From assembly GCF_022045235.1 (NCBI RefSeq), contig NW_027266271.1:27776001-27840000 (forward strand): a DNA stretch of 64,000 nucleotides, in the 5' to 3' direction. The translations under genes were made by a program, and so were the position numbers. The notes beneath the pieces were generated by a model. It had not been told where the DNA came from, did no database searches, and was given only the letters and a program-made list of their open reading frames with translations. Below are positions 13,164-25,900 of the stretch, piece by piece. Origin of the DNA: Haliotis cracherodii. Lineage: Eukaryota. Each line of letters starts with the position of its first letter. Within the stretch, counting starts at the first letter, position 1.

Positions 13164-14099
13164 TGAGTGAGTGAGTGAGTGAGTGAGTGAGTTGATTGAC
13201 ATCCCTGAAAAGCCCAGTACACAATAGAGTTTGTTTTAGAACATGCCTTCTGTTGATGGCAAGTCTCTAGAGTCATCCACATATATGCCCTTTCTGCTTA
13301 CTGTTTATTGGACCCCAATTCTTTATGTGAATACCATGGTTATATTTCCATGGCAATGGTTCAAGTGTATGTAGAATACATTTGATATCCCTGAGGTAGC
13401 TGAAGATTGTATGTGCTGCCATTAAAATTTAGTTGGTTTAGGAACCTGTAAAATAGCTCACCTGATCATTGTAGGCTACAGAAACTAAAAACCAAAGCTA
13501 AAAAGTCAAAAGTATGCTTGATGATTTTGGCCTTACTATGAAATAACTTCTTTTAGTATTTTTTTCACAGGAATATATGTAGAATTCCTATTGTGTTACA
13601 TAAACATTTCCGAATTCATATATTCTACTGGAAAAAAGTAAATTGTCATTCCTGTCAGTGAATGACCCACTTCTGCCAAATCAGTCTGGTCATGAGATGG
13701 CCAATCGTACAAAAATCACTAATTTTCTGTTTTGTAAGCAGCTCAGTGCCTTCCTCCCCTCCAAGCCTCTTGTTTACATAGTGAGGGAAGCATTCCTGTC
13801 ATCAGGTGGAACACAGACATCTTGACTGACTGCCTCCACCTGTGCTCGAGGTTCAGGCTCTCGGTGTGTTGGTCTGCAAGGGCAGAAACACAGTGGTATA
13901 GACTGAGAGGAAGTCGATTCAAATACTTCATGTGTACCTGACACAGGCAGTTCATGCCAGGAGGACTGCATAAATAACCCACTGACCCTGGGAAAAATAT
14001 TTTGGATGCTTCATTATGACATCTTTGTTGTTTGTTGGTGTCTGAGCTGAAATGTTGCTGTTCTGTCATATGGCCTCTCAGTTTGGTTGTCTTTGTACA

Positions 14100-14333
14100 G
14101 TGATTTCTTGAAGTGGAAACTCTTGAATATTGCGGAGTTGAAAGGCTTCACTATTTCAGTTGATGATTTTTTGTAGTGGAAATTCTTAAATATTTCAGTT
14201 GGAGATTTCTTGTAGTGTAAACTTTTAAGTATTTCAGTTGGTGATTTCTTGTTGTGGAAATACTTAAATATTTCAGTTGGAGATTTCTTGTAGTGTAAAC
14301 TTTTAAGTATTTGAGTTGGTGATTTCTTGTTGT
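14100..14333. repeat. Minisatellite, 39-bp unit in alternating 78-bp dimers
   Basis: TTTCAGTTGGWGATTTCTTGTWGTG... repeated ~6x. Confidence 0.9.
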
Positions 14334-14436
14334 GCGGCCTAGTTGTCTCAGGGGCCACAATTCACTGTCCAGAGTTGTCTGCCTTAGCCCTGCCAGGAAC
14401 CTACAATCATTGGTTTGAGTCACAGATTTGCCCTGA

Positions 14437-14998
14437 TCACTGCCTCAACCTCAGGGGTATACAACTGCCTCAACCACTGGGGTACACCACTGCCTCAACT
14501 TCTGGGGTACACCATTGCCTCAACTTCTGGGGTACACCACTGCCTCAACTTCTGGGGTACACCACTGCCTCAACTTCTGGGGTACACCATTGCCTCAACC
14601 AATCGGGTTCACCTCACCACTGCCTCAACCACTGGGGTACACCATTGCCTCAACCACTGGGGTACACCATTGCCTTAACCAATCAAGTTCACTACTGCCT
14701 CAACCACTGGGGTACACCATTGCCTCAACCAATCGGGTTCACCTCACCACTGCCTCAACCACTGGGGTACACCATTGCCTCAACCAATCGAGTTCACTAC
14801 TGCCTCAACTTCTGGGGTACACCACTGCCTCAACTTCTGGGGTACACCACTGCCTCAACTTCTGGGGTACACCATTGCCTCAACTTCTGGGGTACACCAT
14901 TGCCTCAACCAATCGAGTTCACTACTGCCTCAACCACTGGGGTACACCATTGCCTCAACCAATCGAGTTCACTACTGCCTCAACCTCAAGGGTACAAC
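14437..14998. repeat. Minisatellite, 25-bp unit (TGCCTCAACTTCTGGGGTACACCAY) with variants
   Basis: ~22 copies, starting directly after a SINE-like head at ~14340-14435. Confidence 0.93.
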
Positions 14999-16911
14999 AC
15001 CGCCTGTGTTAAATGTGAGTGGTGGAGTGTGGATACTTTCTCCTTGAACAACACACAAACTCAAAACTTCACTGTAGCTGTTGTAACTCCGCTAAAGCTT
15101 GGTGCAGGTTTTTCTAGTGTATTTGCTCTGTCCTTAAAACATAATCTTTGTATAAGTTCAACAACCACACAGTTTTGGAAACTGGAAAGTCAAACATGGA
15201 AATTGGCTGGTTACAAACCTGTGGCTATATTCCAACAACTGCCCCACCCACCCACCCCCAACCCCCCAACCCCCCACTCCACCCAAAAAAATATAAATAA
15301 AGAAAGAAAGAAAGAAAGAAATAAAGAAATAAATACAAAGAAAATAGGATATTCTGATTATTAAACTAAGTCAAGTTGAATGTTCATTCAACTGAAATAG
15401 GCAGATATTTTAAAGTCAAACCACTGAATACTTTGTGGTGACTAAATACATTTCAACATTGATAGAGCTGCAAATAAATCTTGTCTGTTTGCTCAAAAAG
15501 TACAAAATCATCACAAATTAAGAATTAATTAACAATATTTGACATACTGATACAGGTTTGTTCATATAAATATTCATAGTAGATCAATGTAAATTGTAAA
15601 AATGAATTCGTCGCTTTATCTTCTATTTGTACTACTCAGACATTTCCAAATATTTGTGAAATTGCCAGGAATCTGAGGCCACTTAGGTGAAACTGTGTGA
15701 AAAAGTTCCACTAATCTGAGACTTGTGAGTACCTTGAAGACATGTTTAGGAGTCTTTCCAGCTATAATAAAATAATAAAATCTTGATATTTGTGAATCTG
15801 TCTGATCCCGTGGGACTTGCCAACAGCCGTACACGAGGTTGTGCTTAACCCTATCAAATTATGTGCTTGTAAGTGAGTATGTAACATGTTGATTTTATGT
15901 CAGTTCATTTGCACCAGACTTAAAGTTGTCTTATGATTACTTAGAAAGCATACAAAATTCAACATTTCTCAACATTTCTCAACAATTTCTACTTATACTT
16001 TAGCAAAAGGTAGGTTTATGTTTTCATTATGATGCATTTGATCATGAAGAGTAGAAATAGGGGAGACGTACATGTTAGTCTACACCTATGAAGACGAAAG
16101 GTAATTAAGATCTGAACTCAAACTGAAGTTTAAATATACAAGCTGCTAGTTTTACAAATATATTCAGGAAACTTCAATCAATTTAAATTAACCATCACAT
16201 GTGGGTAATTCCTTTTTATAACCATATTTCTTTCTTGTACATGCTGAAGCAAGCAGGCAAGAGTTGCTGTAAATATAGATCCATTAGTTGTGTTATTGTG
16301 TTACAATAATAACACAAACAAGTCAGTTAATATTTGCAAGTAGTAGTAGTAGTTGCAGAGCCTCCAATCCAGGGAAGCTACTCACCTGTCAGAATGAATA
16401 CTTTATAATGATGTAGAAAAGTGTTAGATTTCTCAGGTTAATTGTACTCAGGGAACAACCGGCTGTCATGTGCAGGTTTTTCATGTCAATTCTGTGATTA
16501 ATTCATATCTAGTTTCAGTTGGTGAGTTGGAGATAAGATAAATAATTCCTCATGGTGTTTGGATGATTACTGAACAGCACTGAACCCTCACTTGCATGAC
16601 TCCAGGTTGAACATCAGACAAGTATATTCCTTCATGGGATTCGATCTTTGGTGTTCCAGGCCATGGAGGCCAAGTGGTCTGGTATGAGCTTGTTTTAACT
16701 GTACAGAGTTGCATCCACTGTCCTGCAGATAGATGACATATAGGCATTTTGTACGGATGACAACTAGTCAAATACCCGTATCAAATACGTGGACAAACAA
16801 TACTATACACTCATGCCATAATTCCAAATGTACAACACTAGGTCTTTGAATAATAGAATCACAAAGTGTGGTGATGAAGTTCCAACCAAGTAGGCCTTTA
16901 GATTCATGTAG

Positions 16912-17256
16912 GTGAGGTGAAATGGGGTTTAACATCGCGTCCAAGATTGTTTTGCACTTATATAGCAATGTGCATGTATGTGTGTGTGTTTGTGTGGCTG
17001 CTTGTACTAGTCTGGACTGATGCCAATTTATAGTGCTAGCTCACTGAGATACCATGCCGCAGTTTAACATGAATACCCCACTCAGACACAGTATACTGAC
17101 TCCGAGCCGACCAGTCCTTGTTTTAGCCCCTTAATGCCGAGCGCCAGACAGGGTAACAACAAGTACCATCTTTTAACATCTTTTGGTATGACTCGTCGAA
17201 CCCCGGACCTTCCGCTCTCCGGGCGGATGCTCTACCACTAGACCACGGAGGCGGTC
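16912..17256 (-). mobile_element. tRNA-derived SINE family 2 (Meta/MESC-core-like), (CACCT)n tail
   Basis: Head GACCGCCTCCGTGGTCTAGTGG...GGTTCGA, core GTCATACCAAAAGATGTTAAAAGATGGTAC; 12-bp TSD AGATTCATGTAG. Confidence 0.92.
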
Positions 17257-18029
17257 AGATTCATGTAGAGATGGTCAACCAATCGTTACAAGTTTTTAAT
17301 GACATGATAAACATGTGGGAAGGTCAGGTAGAAAGCATATGTTGAATTACTTTTCTTACGCTGATACGTCGTGATAATTATATCTGAAGAACTGTTCACG
17401 ATGGTGTAACACCCAACTCACTGTTTTAGACAGCCTTAGAAAGCAGTCATCACTGTATGAGTTTGTGTCATGTAGTCCCTTGCAATTGCTCATGAATGCT
17501 TTCAGCAATTGGTTTGTGTGGTCCAGGCCTGATCAGTTACAGCAGACATGATGAAGCTGACTTGTAGGGAGGAACAGTCTCCATGGGGCAGTAGGCAGTG
17601 TCCATGTTCAGCTCTCCTTGTCATCACTTGAGTGCCTCCTTGCTGCAGGCAGTGCCATACTGGGTGTAAATATACTGGAAAAACCTATTTGGAACACCAA
17701 AATATATTTTCTCTTGGCAGATGTTAAAATTACAACAGATGCAATATAAATGTCAAGCAAAATACAATAATGTATGCTAGCTTTTTAAAACCTTATAAAA
17801 GCACAGAAAAAAAAAGATAGTGATTCATAAACAATTGCTCATGATTGGTCAGAACAGTACTATGGCTTCTGCTTGTAGCAGAGATTTCTTAAGATTATGG
17901 AAAGTGTTTTGTCCCTCTTATGTCTTAGTTTCTACATACGTTGTCACATAGTATCAGGCCAGATAGATAGTTCAGTGTCTGCAGCACAAACTACAAACAG
18001 ATGATACATCAAGAAAAAAAATGTATATA

Positions 18030-18179
18030 CATGGGCGGATACAGCTTTTTTTAAAAAGGGGGGTGCACAATTAAGATCTATTTATTGTCTTTGGTGGTAA
18101 TTTATACAGAAATAAAGATTTTTTTCGAAATAAAAAGGGGGGTGCGCACCCCGGCACACCCCCTCTGTATCTGCCCATG
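18030..18179. mobile_element. MITE, 15-bp TIR CATGGGCRGATACAG
   Basis: TIRs with 1 mismatch, AT-rich flanks; related decayed ends at ~58062-58248 around the (CA)n tract. Confidence 0.8.
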
Positions 18180-19094
18180 ATATATGTTATTGTAAGTTGA
18201 AAACCTAATTCCAGACCACTGTCTTCCCAGCCTGTATTTAGTTTTGTCCAATAAAACATAACATTCTAACATGCATTCTATCTTTTTTTGCATTGGTGTC
18301 CATTTATGTTAGGGCCTGATCTAGACCAGTTTTAGTCCTTAGTAACCATTACTAACCACAAACAAAATGAAAAGTCGGAAGCTTGTACGAAGACCAGGGG
18401 ATCAATTTGGCTCAACCTTACTTTACTAAACAGTATGGGAGGCACTGATTACAGACATCTTACTTTCCAGCTATAGCAAGGAACATAATTGAGAAGCTCC
18501 ACAAGTGTAAGACGGCTAGGACGGAATGCAAGCACCACTGATCATTCCTTCACTTGTAATTATTTCATTACTGCTGAAACGTGAATCATCGGGATGAAGA
18601 CTCCAAAGGCTCACACTTGAGAAAATGAATACCCATTTGTTTGGTTTTTATGAATTCTCATTATTTTCATGCATGAAATCAATTGATGGAAATAATTTTC
18701 TTCAAATGGTTACAAAATGTTATTGTATTATCCAGAAGTCATTTTTTGTCAGCATAATTCAACTGCTAGGTTTCTTCTGCCGATTTGTATGTGCATACAT
18801 TCAGTGTAATTGCTCGGTAATCTTTGAAGAGCTTTGGCAGTCAATATAGAACATCATCAACTTTCTGTGTTTAACACTTTTATGTTTCAGTAAATGTTTA
18901 TTGCTATCTTCCAATGAATATTTTCTTCATAAATGCAATTTTTAAAACGCATTTCGTTGATAGCATAATTCAATCAAATACCCTACCTCTATTACATCAT
19001 AGCCATAAGATCCCATGTTGGCTGTTATCACACTTTAAAATATTTTAGATTTTCAACAGATGTCATCTTCACTACAAATATCTGTGAACAAATA

Positions 19095-19632
19095 CTGAAC
19101 CACCAAAATTCCCAGTCACTCAACCATCCAGTTCCCAGCCACTCAACCATCCAGTTCCCAACCACTCAACCATCCAGTTCCCAACCACTAAAACATCCAG
19201 TTCCCAAACACTCAACCATCCAGTTCCCAACTACTCAACCATCCAGTTCCCAACTACTCAACCATCCAGTTCCCAACCTCTCAACCATTCAGTTCCCAGC
19301 CACTCAACCATCCAGTTCCCAACCACTCAACCATCCAGTTCCCAGCCACTCAACCACCTAGTTCCCAGCCACTAAAACATCCAGTTCCCAAACACTCAAC
19401 CATCCAGTTCCCAACCACTCAACCACCCAATTCCCAGCCACTCAACCACCCAGTTCCAGGCAACTCAACCATCCAGTTCCCAACCACTCAACCATCCAGT
19501 TCAGCCACTCAGCCATCCAGTTCCCAGCCACTCAACCACCCAGTTCCCAGCAACTCAACCACCCAGTTCACAGCCACTTAACCATCCAGTTCCCAGCAAC
19601 TCAACCACCCAATTCCCAGCCACTAACACCCA
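19095..19632. repeat. Minisatellite, 23-bp unit (ACTCAACCATCCAGTTCCCARCC)
   Basis: ~23 tandem copies. Confidence 0.95.
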
Positions 19633-19869
19633 TCTATTTAGGCATAATGTTACAAGCTGAACAGGAAACCAGAAACTGCTAAGGGTATACTGTTGTAAAA
19701 TGACCTCTCTTATCTGCCTGTACATCCCCTCAGCCCCTGCAGCTCTTCCACCATCTGTGCCAAGCCTGTCCCCCACAATGAGCCATAGGGTTATGTAAAC
19801 TGTTGAGCAAGGGGGCTCTCTGTCTGGTTATCCTGTGCTGAGCCTGTCCCCCACAATGAGCCATAGGGT

Positions 19870-21819
19870 CACAGGGCCACGGATAGCCATACCAAACTGA
19901 CTGTACTGATTACATTAAAAAAAGAGAAGGGAGGACAACTCCACTGATCGAAAACCGAACAATTTTCTACCCCTCTATGCTGCAACCGCTATTTCAGTCA
20001 TTTCCGTGTTAATAAATTTTTTTTTAAAAAGCTAGGTTAAAACAAAAGTGTTTTAACTTCATGTTAAATCTCAAATTATTGCTACATTTATTTTTCCTTG
20101 ACTTATAATTAATGTGGAAGTTCAATGTTGTCGTTACGAACACCGAGACGCCCGGAAGTGCTACTCGCTCCGTATGTTACTCACTAAAACATGCGAAAAC
20201 AATGGCGACACAACCAAGCGACTCAATCATAAATGCGGCTGTTTCTGGGCATAATTTCCTTATTTTAGGCCAGGCAGGGACAGGCAAAAGTCACGAGCTA
20301 AGGAAAATTGCATCTGTACTAGGAAAAAGACCGTTCAACTTTGTGCATCAACGGGTTTGGCGGCATCGCTTTTGCCGGGTGTTACAATTCATTGTTTCGC
20401 GTTATTTATCTGAATTCTTTTTTATTTTATTGTTTATAATAGTGTATTATAATTAGGCCAATGTTTTGCATGTTTATTGGTTCATGAATCTATTTTCACT
20501 ATTTGTGATGCAAGATATTATTGGATCTAGGGGTGAAATTATTATTAGGCCTATACTGACTATAGGTATAGTGTGGCTATCCATGGCCCTGTGAAGGTAT
20601 ACAAAAGTTTCAGGCATGCTATATAAATAATCTTATTGATGGATTGAAAAAGAAGAAAATTATTGAGAGTGAATATTTGTTTAATAATGGATTTCTGCAT
20701 AATTTCTTAAAGTAATAACAGTTTACTTTTAGATTGATGCTTTTGTATCTGTGATTTACATCATCCCTAATTTACATGAATTCACATTGTGTGATGTGAT
20801 ATTGATGAGTTAATTGTTTTGCAGTTAATAAAATATCTCATTTATGTATCATAAATCTGTTGTGTTGTGATATGATGATGCAAGTAATAGTCAAAATATG
20901 TGAAGCTGTCATATTTACAGTCACTGGGCCATGAATAGCTTCTTGTTATTGGCAATCTGTAGGCCTGTGTACACAGTGATCTCAATTCCATGATACAGTA
21001 ATTGGGTACAACAGATGACGAGCTACTAAATTACTAAGAGTAGAATAGTATACTAGTGCAATTCATACACATTTAACACTTCTTGATGGTTGCATTGAAC
21101 ACCAAGGTTGGAAAAATTTAACTATGCAAGTAATATTTTATCTAATTTAATGAAGTGGAATATATATATACACATATATGTATAAGTATTTTATTATGAA
21201 TCTACAATAACCCATAACCCTATAAATTGATGTATTGCTGTATTTCCCCAACCATAGATTAATCATGCTGAAAACATCATGCCATTTGTGCGCCCTTATC
21301 TAGACCAGAGTTCAATAATATTTCTCCACTTATTTGGTTCAACTGACATTTAGACATAAACATTTGGCTATAATCTAACAGTAAATAATGTTTTTACCAG
21401 CTGACAATCTTGCAGAACGGAGGATTTGCCATTTTCTCAATGTAGTGGTAAGCTTAGCAGACAAAGTTATAAAAAACGCCAACGGCGATTAGCAATTATT
21501 TTTCGACCAATCGGAGACGATCTTTGGAGAGTGGTATGTGAAGCGAGTACAACTTCCGGGCGTCTCGATGTTCGTTGTTCGCTGTTTACTTTTTGATACG
21601 AAATTGTGATTAAACTATGTACAAGGTAAATACTTTTACGGGTGCAAAATCTTGTTAAAGTTATATTTGACAAACTACTAGTCAGTTGTAAACCGAAATA
21701 CATCAGACTGTTTTGGGATGGTAACATTGTTCGGTTTTCCATCAGCGGAGGTGTCCTCTCTTCTCTTTTTTTAATGTAATCAGTACAGTCAGTATAGTAT
21801 GGCTATCCGTGGCCCTGTG
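19870..21819. mobile_element. Non-autonomous TIR DNA transposon with 8-bp TSD, carrying a PIF1-helicase fragment
   Basis: 94-bp TIRs (19870-19963 / 21726-21819, 6 mismatches), CACAG...CTGTG ends, perfect TSD CATAGGGT (19862-19869 / 21820-21827), second inverted block 20136-20169 / 21542-21575. Confidence 0.95.
20202..20402 (+). pseudogene. PIF1-family (SF1B) DNA helicase N-terminal fragment, frameshifted
   Basis: MATQPSDSIINAAVSGHNFLILGQAGTGKS (Walker A), then after a frameshift KTVQLCASTGLAASLLPGVTIHCF (motifs Ia ASTGxAA and Ib TIH). Confidence 0.85.
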
Positions 21820-23087
21820 CATAGGGTTATGTAAACTGTTGAGGAAGGGGGCCCTCTGTCCGGTTATCCTGTGCCGAGCACAGCATGTTGAAAAGGAGCA
21901 GCCATGCTGTGGCTCTTAACATATTCCAACAACAAAGAATTGGTCATGATTTGCTTATGAACTGCAGTTCAGCTAAAATACCAAATATTAATGATTTGGC
22001 TGATTAGCCTAGACAATGGCACTGATTTCTTAGTTACCTTGGTGACAGATGTAGTCATTTAGAACACTGCTGGTTTGTCAGTAATTGAGGGGAACACTGT
22101 TTGAAACAATTGAGTCCAGGAGTTCTACAGACGTAATTGAATGCTTAAGTGGGAGACAGATTGCCAGTTTAGATCGCCTTCCAGGAGGAAGATCCTCCAC
22201 AAACATATATCAAGTTTTGTGAGGAAGACTTTGATATAGGCTGGTGGACGCTCTTACCTTAGGAATATGAGCTGTATGATACGCAGTAGGAATGCATACT
22301 GGGTTTATGATATAAACTAATAAATTTGAATGCAATATTTGAAAAACAATTATTTTTTATTGGTACGTCAAGTGTTTAAACTTTGCTAGCATGCTGAAAC
22401 TACATCCAGAAAGTTTTTGTTTTAAGTTTCAGTAAAACTACAACATGTGAAAAGGTCATACTCATAGTTTTCTTAGCTGTTAATGGAGAACATTATCATG
22501 TGTCAGACACAACCTTGGGGCACAGTTTCCGTGTAGAAGCCACAATGTTTTCAGATTTTCTGTGTCATGGAAACACAGCCTATGGCACATTTATTGTGAA
22601 GAAATATGACTCTTTGTGCAGACACTTCAGACAGTTTACCTTCTCAAAGATCTTTCAGAAGAATATACTAAGTGCCAAGGGTTGGCCACATGGATATAAA
22701 TAGCACCATCTCGTTCAAAACCAGAACTGTCAATAAACAAATTCCAAGCTGTCGAAGGCCGACATGACATTATAAAGTTTATTCATGAAAACAATAGGGG
22801 AACAAGTCTAACTGATACAGAAGCTGGTAAACATGAACTATAATTCCCACAAACATGAGAAAACACCCAAACACAACCAAGTGTCATTATCTGCCTGTGA
22901 AACTTGAGATATGGACACTTTGTTGCGAACCTCATTAACAGGAGCAGATGACAATAGGCACAATCTATGCGTCAGTTTCTGAGGACCAGTATTGAACATC
23001 GTGCCTGAGCTGTTGGGATGCTCAAGACACGTTATAGTCAACATTTACGCTTTACTGGAAGTGATTGGGAGACTGGCAATGGTACAA

Positions 23088-23151
23088 GGTGAGGTGAAAA
23101 GGGGTTTAAAGTCGCGTCCAAGATTATTGCACTTATATAGCAATGTGCATT

Positions 23152-23208
<57 letters not shown>

Positions 23209-23457
23209 TTTATAGCAGATTTATAGTGCTAGCCCACTGAGATACCATGCCGCAGTTTAACATGAATACCCCACTCAGACACAGTATTCTGACTCCAAGC
23301 CAACCAGTCCTTGTTTTAGCCCCTTAATGCTGAGCACCAGACAGGGTAACAACAAGTACCATGTTTTAACATCTTTTGGTATGACACGGCCGGTTATGAA
23401 ACCCCGGACCTTCCACTCTCTGGGCAGACACTCTACCACTAGACCACGGAGGCGGTC
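23088..23457 (-). mobile_element. SINE family 2 with expanded (CA)n
   Basis: Homologous to 16912-17256; 13-bp TSD GGCAATGGTACAA. Confidence 0.93.
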
Positions 23458-24208
23458 GGCAATGGTACAAAGCTTCTAGGACTCTTGCATAGGAGGAAAG
23501 GCCTGGTCGTCCTTGGTTACATTACAGAGGCAGGAAAGGTACGTCATTAACCTTGACCTGTGTTTTTGGTGCCATTCAGATGAGCAATATAATGTCACAA
23601 ATGTTCACATCAGCAAGACTACCATAAGAAGGTGGCTGCATTCTGTGGGTCTCCATCCCCGCACCACGTCAAATACCAGCTTGTTTGCTGTGGTACCAAC
23701 ATCTTGGACTCGATGTCAGTGGTCAGCAGGACTGTTCTCAGATGGGAGCAGATTGAACCCCTCCTTCCATGATGACCGTCGGCGTGTTTACAGATGGCAC
23801 CATGATTGTTTTGAGGATGCTGCTGTAGAGGGGCACAGTCTGTTTTGTTGTGGTTCCACACTGGTCCGAGACAGGCATTACAGCCACTGCAAGGACACAG
23901 TTACAGTCTGTCGTTGGGCACCACAACACACCATCTACCGAGATGGCAGCCCATTACTGTAGCTGTGCCTGATCCTTCAGGATCATATGCTCATTCACAC
24001 CATGAAATGAGGTCAATGCCTTTTTTCAGCAACAAGGCATACGCAGGATGGATTGGCCTTCTTGCTGTCCTGACTTTCGCCCCATTGGACATCTCAAGGG
24101 AGAACCCAGCACTGTGTTTACAGAAGTCATTCTGTGCCACGTGATGTTTGGAATCTGCAAGAGCTCATTCTGGAGTGGAATGCCATACCATACCATAATG
24201 AATGCCAT

Positions 24209-24322
24209 ATTATGTATGTCTGTATATGTATAGATGAATCATAATGTCTTGTCTTTTAAAATTGCATCTGTCCCGTAATGGAACGTTTCTGCAATAAATA
24301 CTATCTTATCTATCTTATCTTA
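24209..24322 (+). mobile_element. LINE 3' end with AATAAA and (TCTTA)-type tail
   Basis: Near-identical to the reverse complement of 47018-47130. Confidence 0.8.
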
Positions 24323-25364
24323 CCTCCTGCTATGGACCTGGTGAAGTGCGTGAGGTCAAGATGCACCAGTTGTCTCAGACACAGGGTTTTTAACACCAGA
24401 TGACTACAACTCCCTAAGTGTGACAGCAGTTTGTGTGAACATGATGTGACTGGGTACACTTTGAACTTCCCCAGTTGCTGGCTCTCGCCGTCCATTGCAA
24501 TGAATTTGGAACTGAAACACGTCATTTATGTTCTGCCAATATGTCATTATTATACACTGAGTGTACTTACAGTAAACTACAGTTATTATACACTCAAAGG
24601 GATCACACATTTTAGTTTGTTCCAACCGTAGTTCGTGCCAACGTCTAGAATGCCAATCAAACAGTTACCAATACATCTATATGAAAAAAAACTACAGCCA
24701 TGGAAAATTTATACATAATGAGATTCTTCTCCAGCTGGGGGCAGACTGTATAAACATGTATATATTTCTACAGCTGAGGGCTGATTATATATACGGTATG
24801 CTTCTCTTCAGTAGAGCACAGGCAAACTTCTAAGGCCAACTTACTGTAGCTTAGACAGATTATGTTAACAGGGATACTTCTCTGGCTTTGGGCAAACTCT
24901 GAATAAATGTGTGGGAGAACAATAGTCCTGGCACAACTCAGGCTGGTTAGGCTCATCATCAGCTCAGGCACCCTTTTTCCTCTACATGCAGCCCGGATAG
25001 CAAACTGGTATTCTCCCAGGAAGCGCTAACTCGTCGAAACCACCTAGAACTTTCCTATTAGGATATGAAGACTCCCTAACACTGCAGCTTTCTGCATTAT
25101 CCACATTTTCAGAAGGGTTTTATACGCAGTGGAAAAGCCAGGCACTCTCTTGATCTGCGCCAAGAGATGATGAGCTGCCATCCAAGGGCACCGAGGACAA
25201 TGGAGAGTCAGACAACTTCATTCTTGGGGTGCAAGCTTGACATTTCATATGCCAGGTCCTCCTAGTTACCATAGTTTCCCTCAGTTGTTGGTCACATTAC
25301 TGTCAAAATGCACATATAATTCAACAATATACATAAATTCATTGAATTTAAAAAAAAAGATAAA

Positions 25365-25367
<3 letters not shown>

Positions 25368-25435
<68 letters not shown>
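25368..25435. repeat. (CT)n(AT)n microsatellite
   Basis: Directly visible. Confidence 0.95.
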
Positions 25436-25453
25436 AAACATCATCTTGTGGTC

Positions 25454-25615
25454 GGGGTGGTCGGGTAGCCTAGTGGTTAAAGCGTTCGCTCGTCATGCCG
25501 AACACCCGGGTTCGATTCCCAACATGGGTACAATGTGTGAAGCCCATTTCTGGTGTCCCCCGCTGTGATATTGCTGGAATATTGCTAAAAGCGGTGTAAA
25601 ATCAAACTCACTCAC
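25454..25615 (+). mobile_element. SINE family 1 inserted into a family-3 SINE fragment (to ~25745)
   Basis: A/B boxes, TSD TCATCTKGTGGTC; downstream ATCACTGGATTGTTTGGTCCAGACTCAATTATTTACAG recurs at ~32128-32168 and ~46345-46380. Confidence 0.92.
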
Positions 25616-25746
25616 AGTCATCTGGTGGTCAGGCTCACTGACTTGGTTAATGCATGTCATCATATCCCACTTGTGTGGATTGATGCTCATGATGTCAATC
25701 ACTGGATTGTTTGGTCCAGACTCAATTATTTACAGACTGCCGTCAA

Positions 25747-25900
25747 GGACTGTTCTACATGGACTGTTCTACAAGGACTGTTCTACATGGACTGTTCTAC
25801 ATGGACTGTTCTACAAGGACTGTTCTACATGGACTGTTCTACATGGACTGTTCTACAAGGTCTGTTCTACATGGACTGTTCTACAAGGACTGTTCTACAA
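25747..25900. repeat. Minisatellite, 14-bp unit (GGACTGTTCTACAW)
   Basis: 11 copies. Confidence 0.95.

Larger units (their letters stand above)
22920..24565 (+). mobile_element. Tc1-like transposon remnant interrupted by a SINE and a LINE tail
   Basis: ELLGCSRHVI..., GRPGR/VTLQRQERYV, ISKTTIRRWLH, WSAGLFSDGSRLN...DDRRRVYR, DWPSCCPDFRPIGHL (WP.SPDLNPIE-like), C-terminal RSRC...NTR; ends ...GAGTGTA. Boundaries approximate. Confidence 0.85.

Noticed and set aside
13555-13740. Strong-looking acceptor TTTTTTTCACAG at 13570 as an exon start
   Set aside because: No convincing donor or reading frame; needs RNA data
16550-16760. Possible Tc1 catalytic fragment (minus strand, LQDS...PWPG...NPM)
   Set aside because: Too degenerate to support by eye; the same applies to ISETTVHN at ~27590
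19870-21819. Helitron interpretation of the PIF1 fragment
   Set aside because: No TC...CTRR ends or Rep motifs seen; long TIRs and an 8-bp TSD contradict rolling-circle insertion of the unit as a whole
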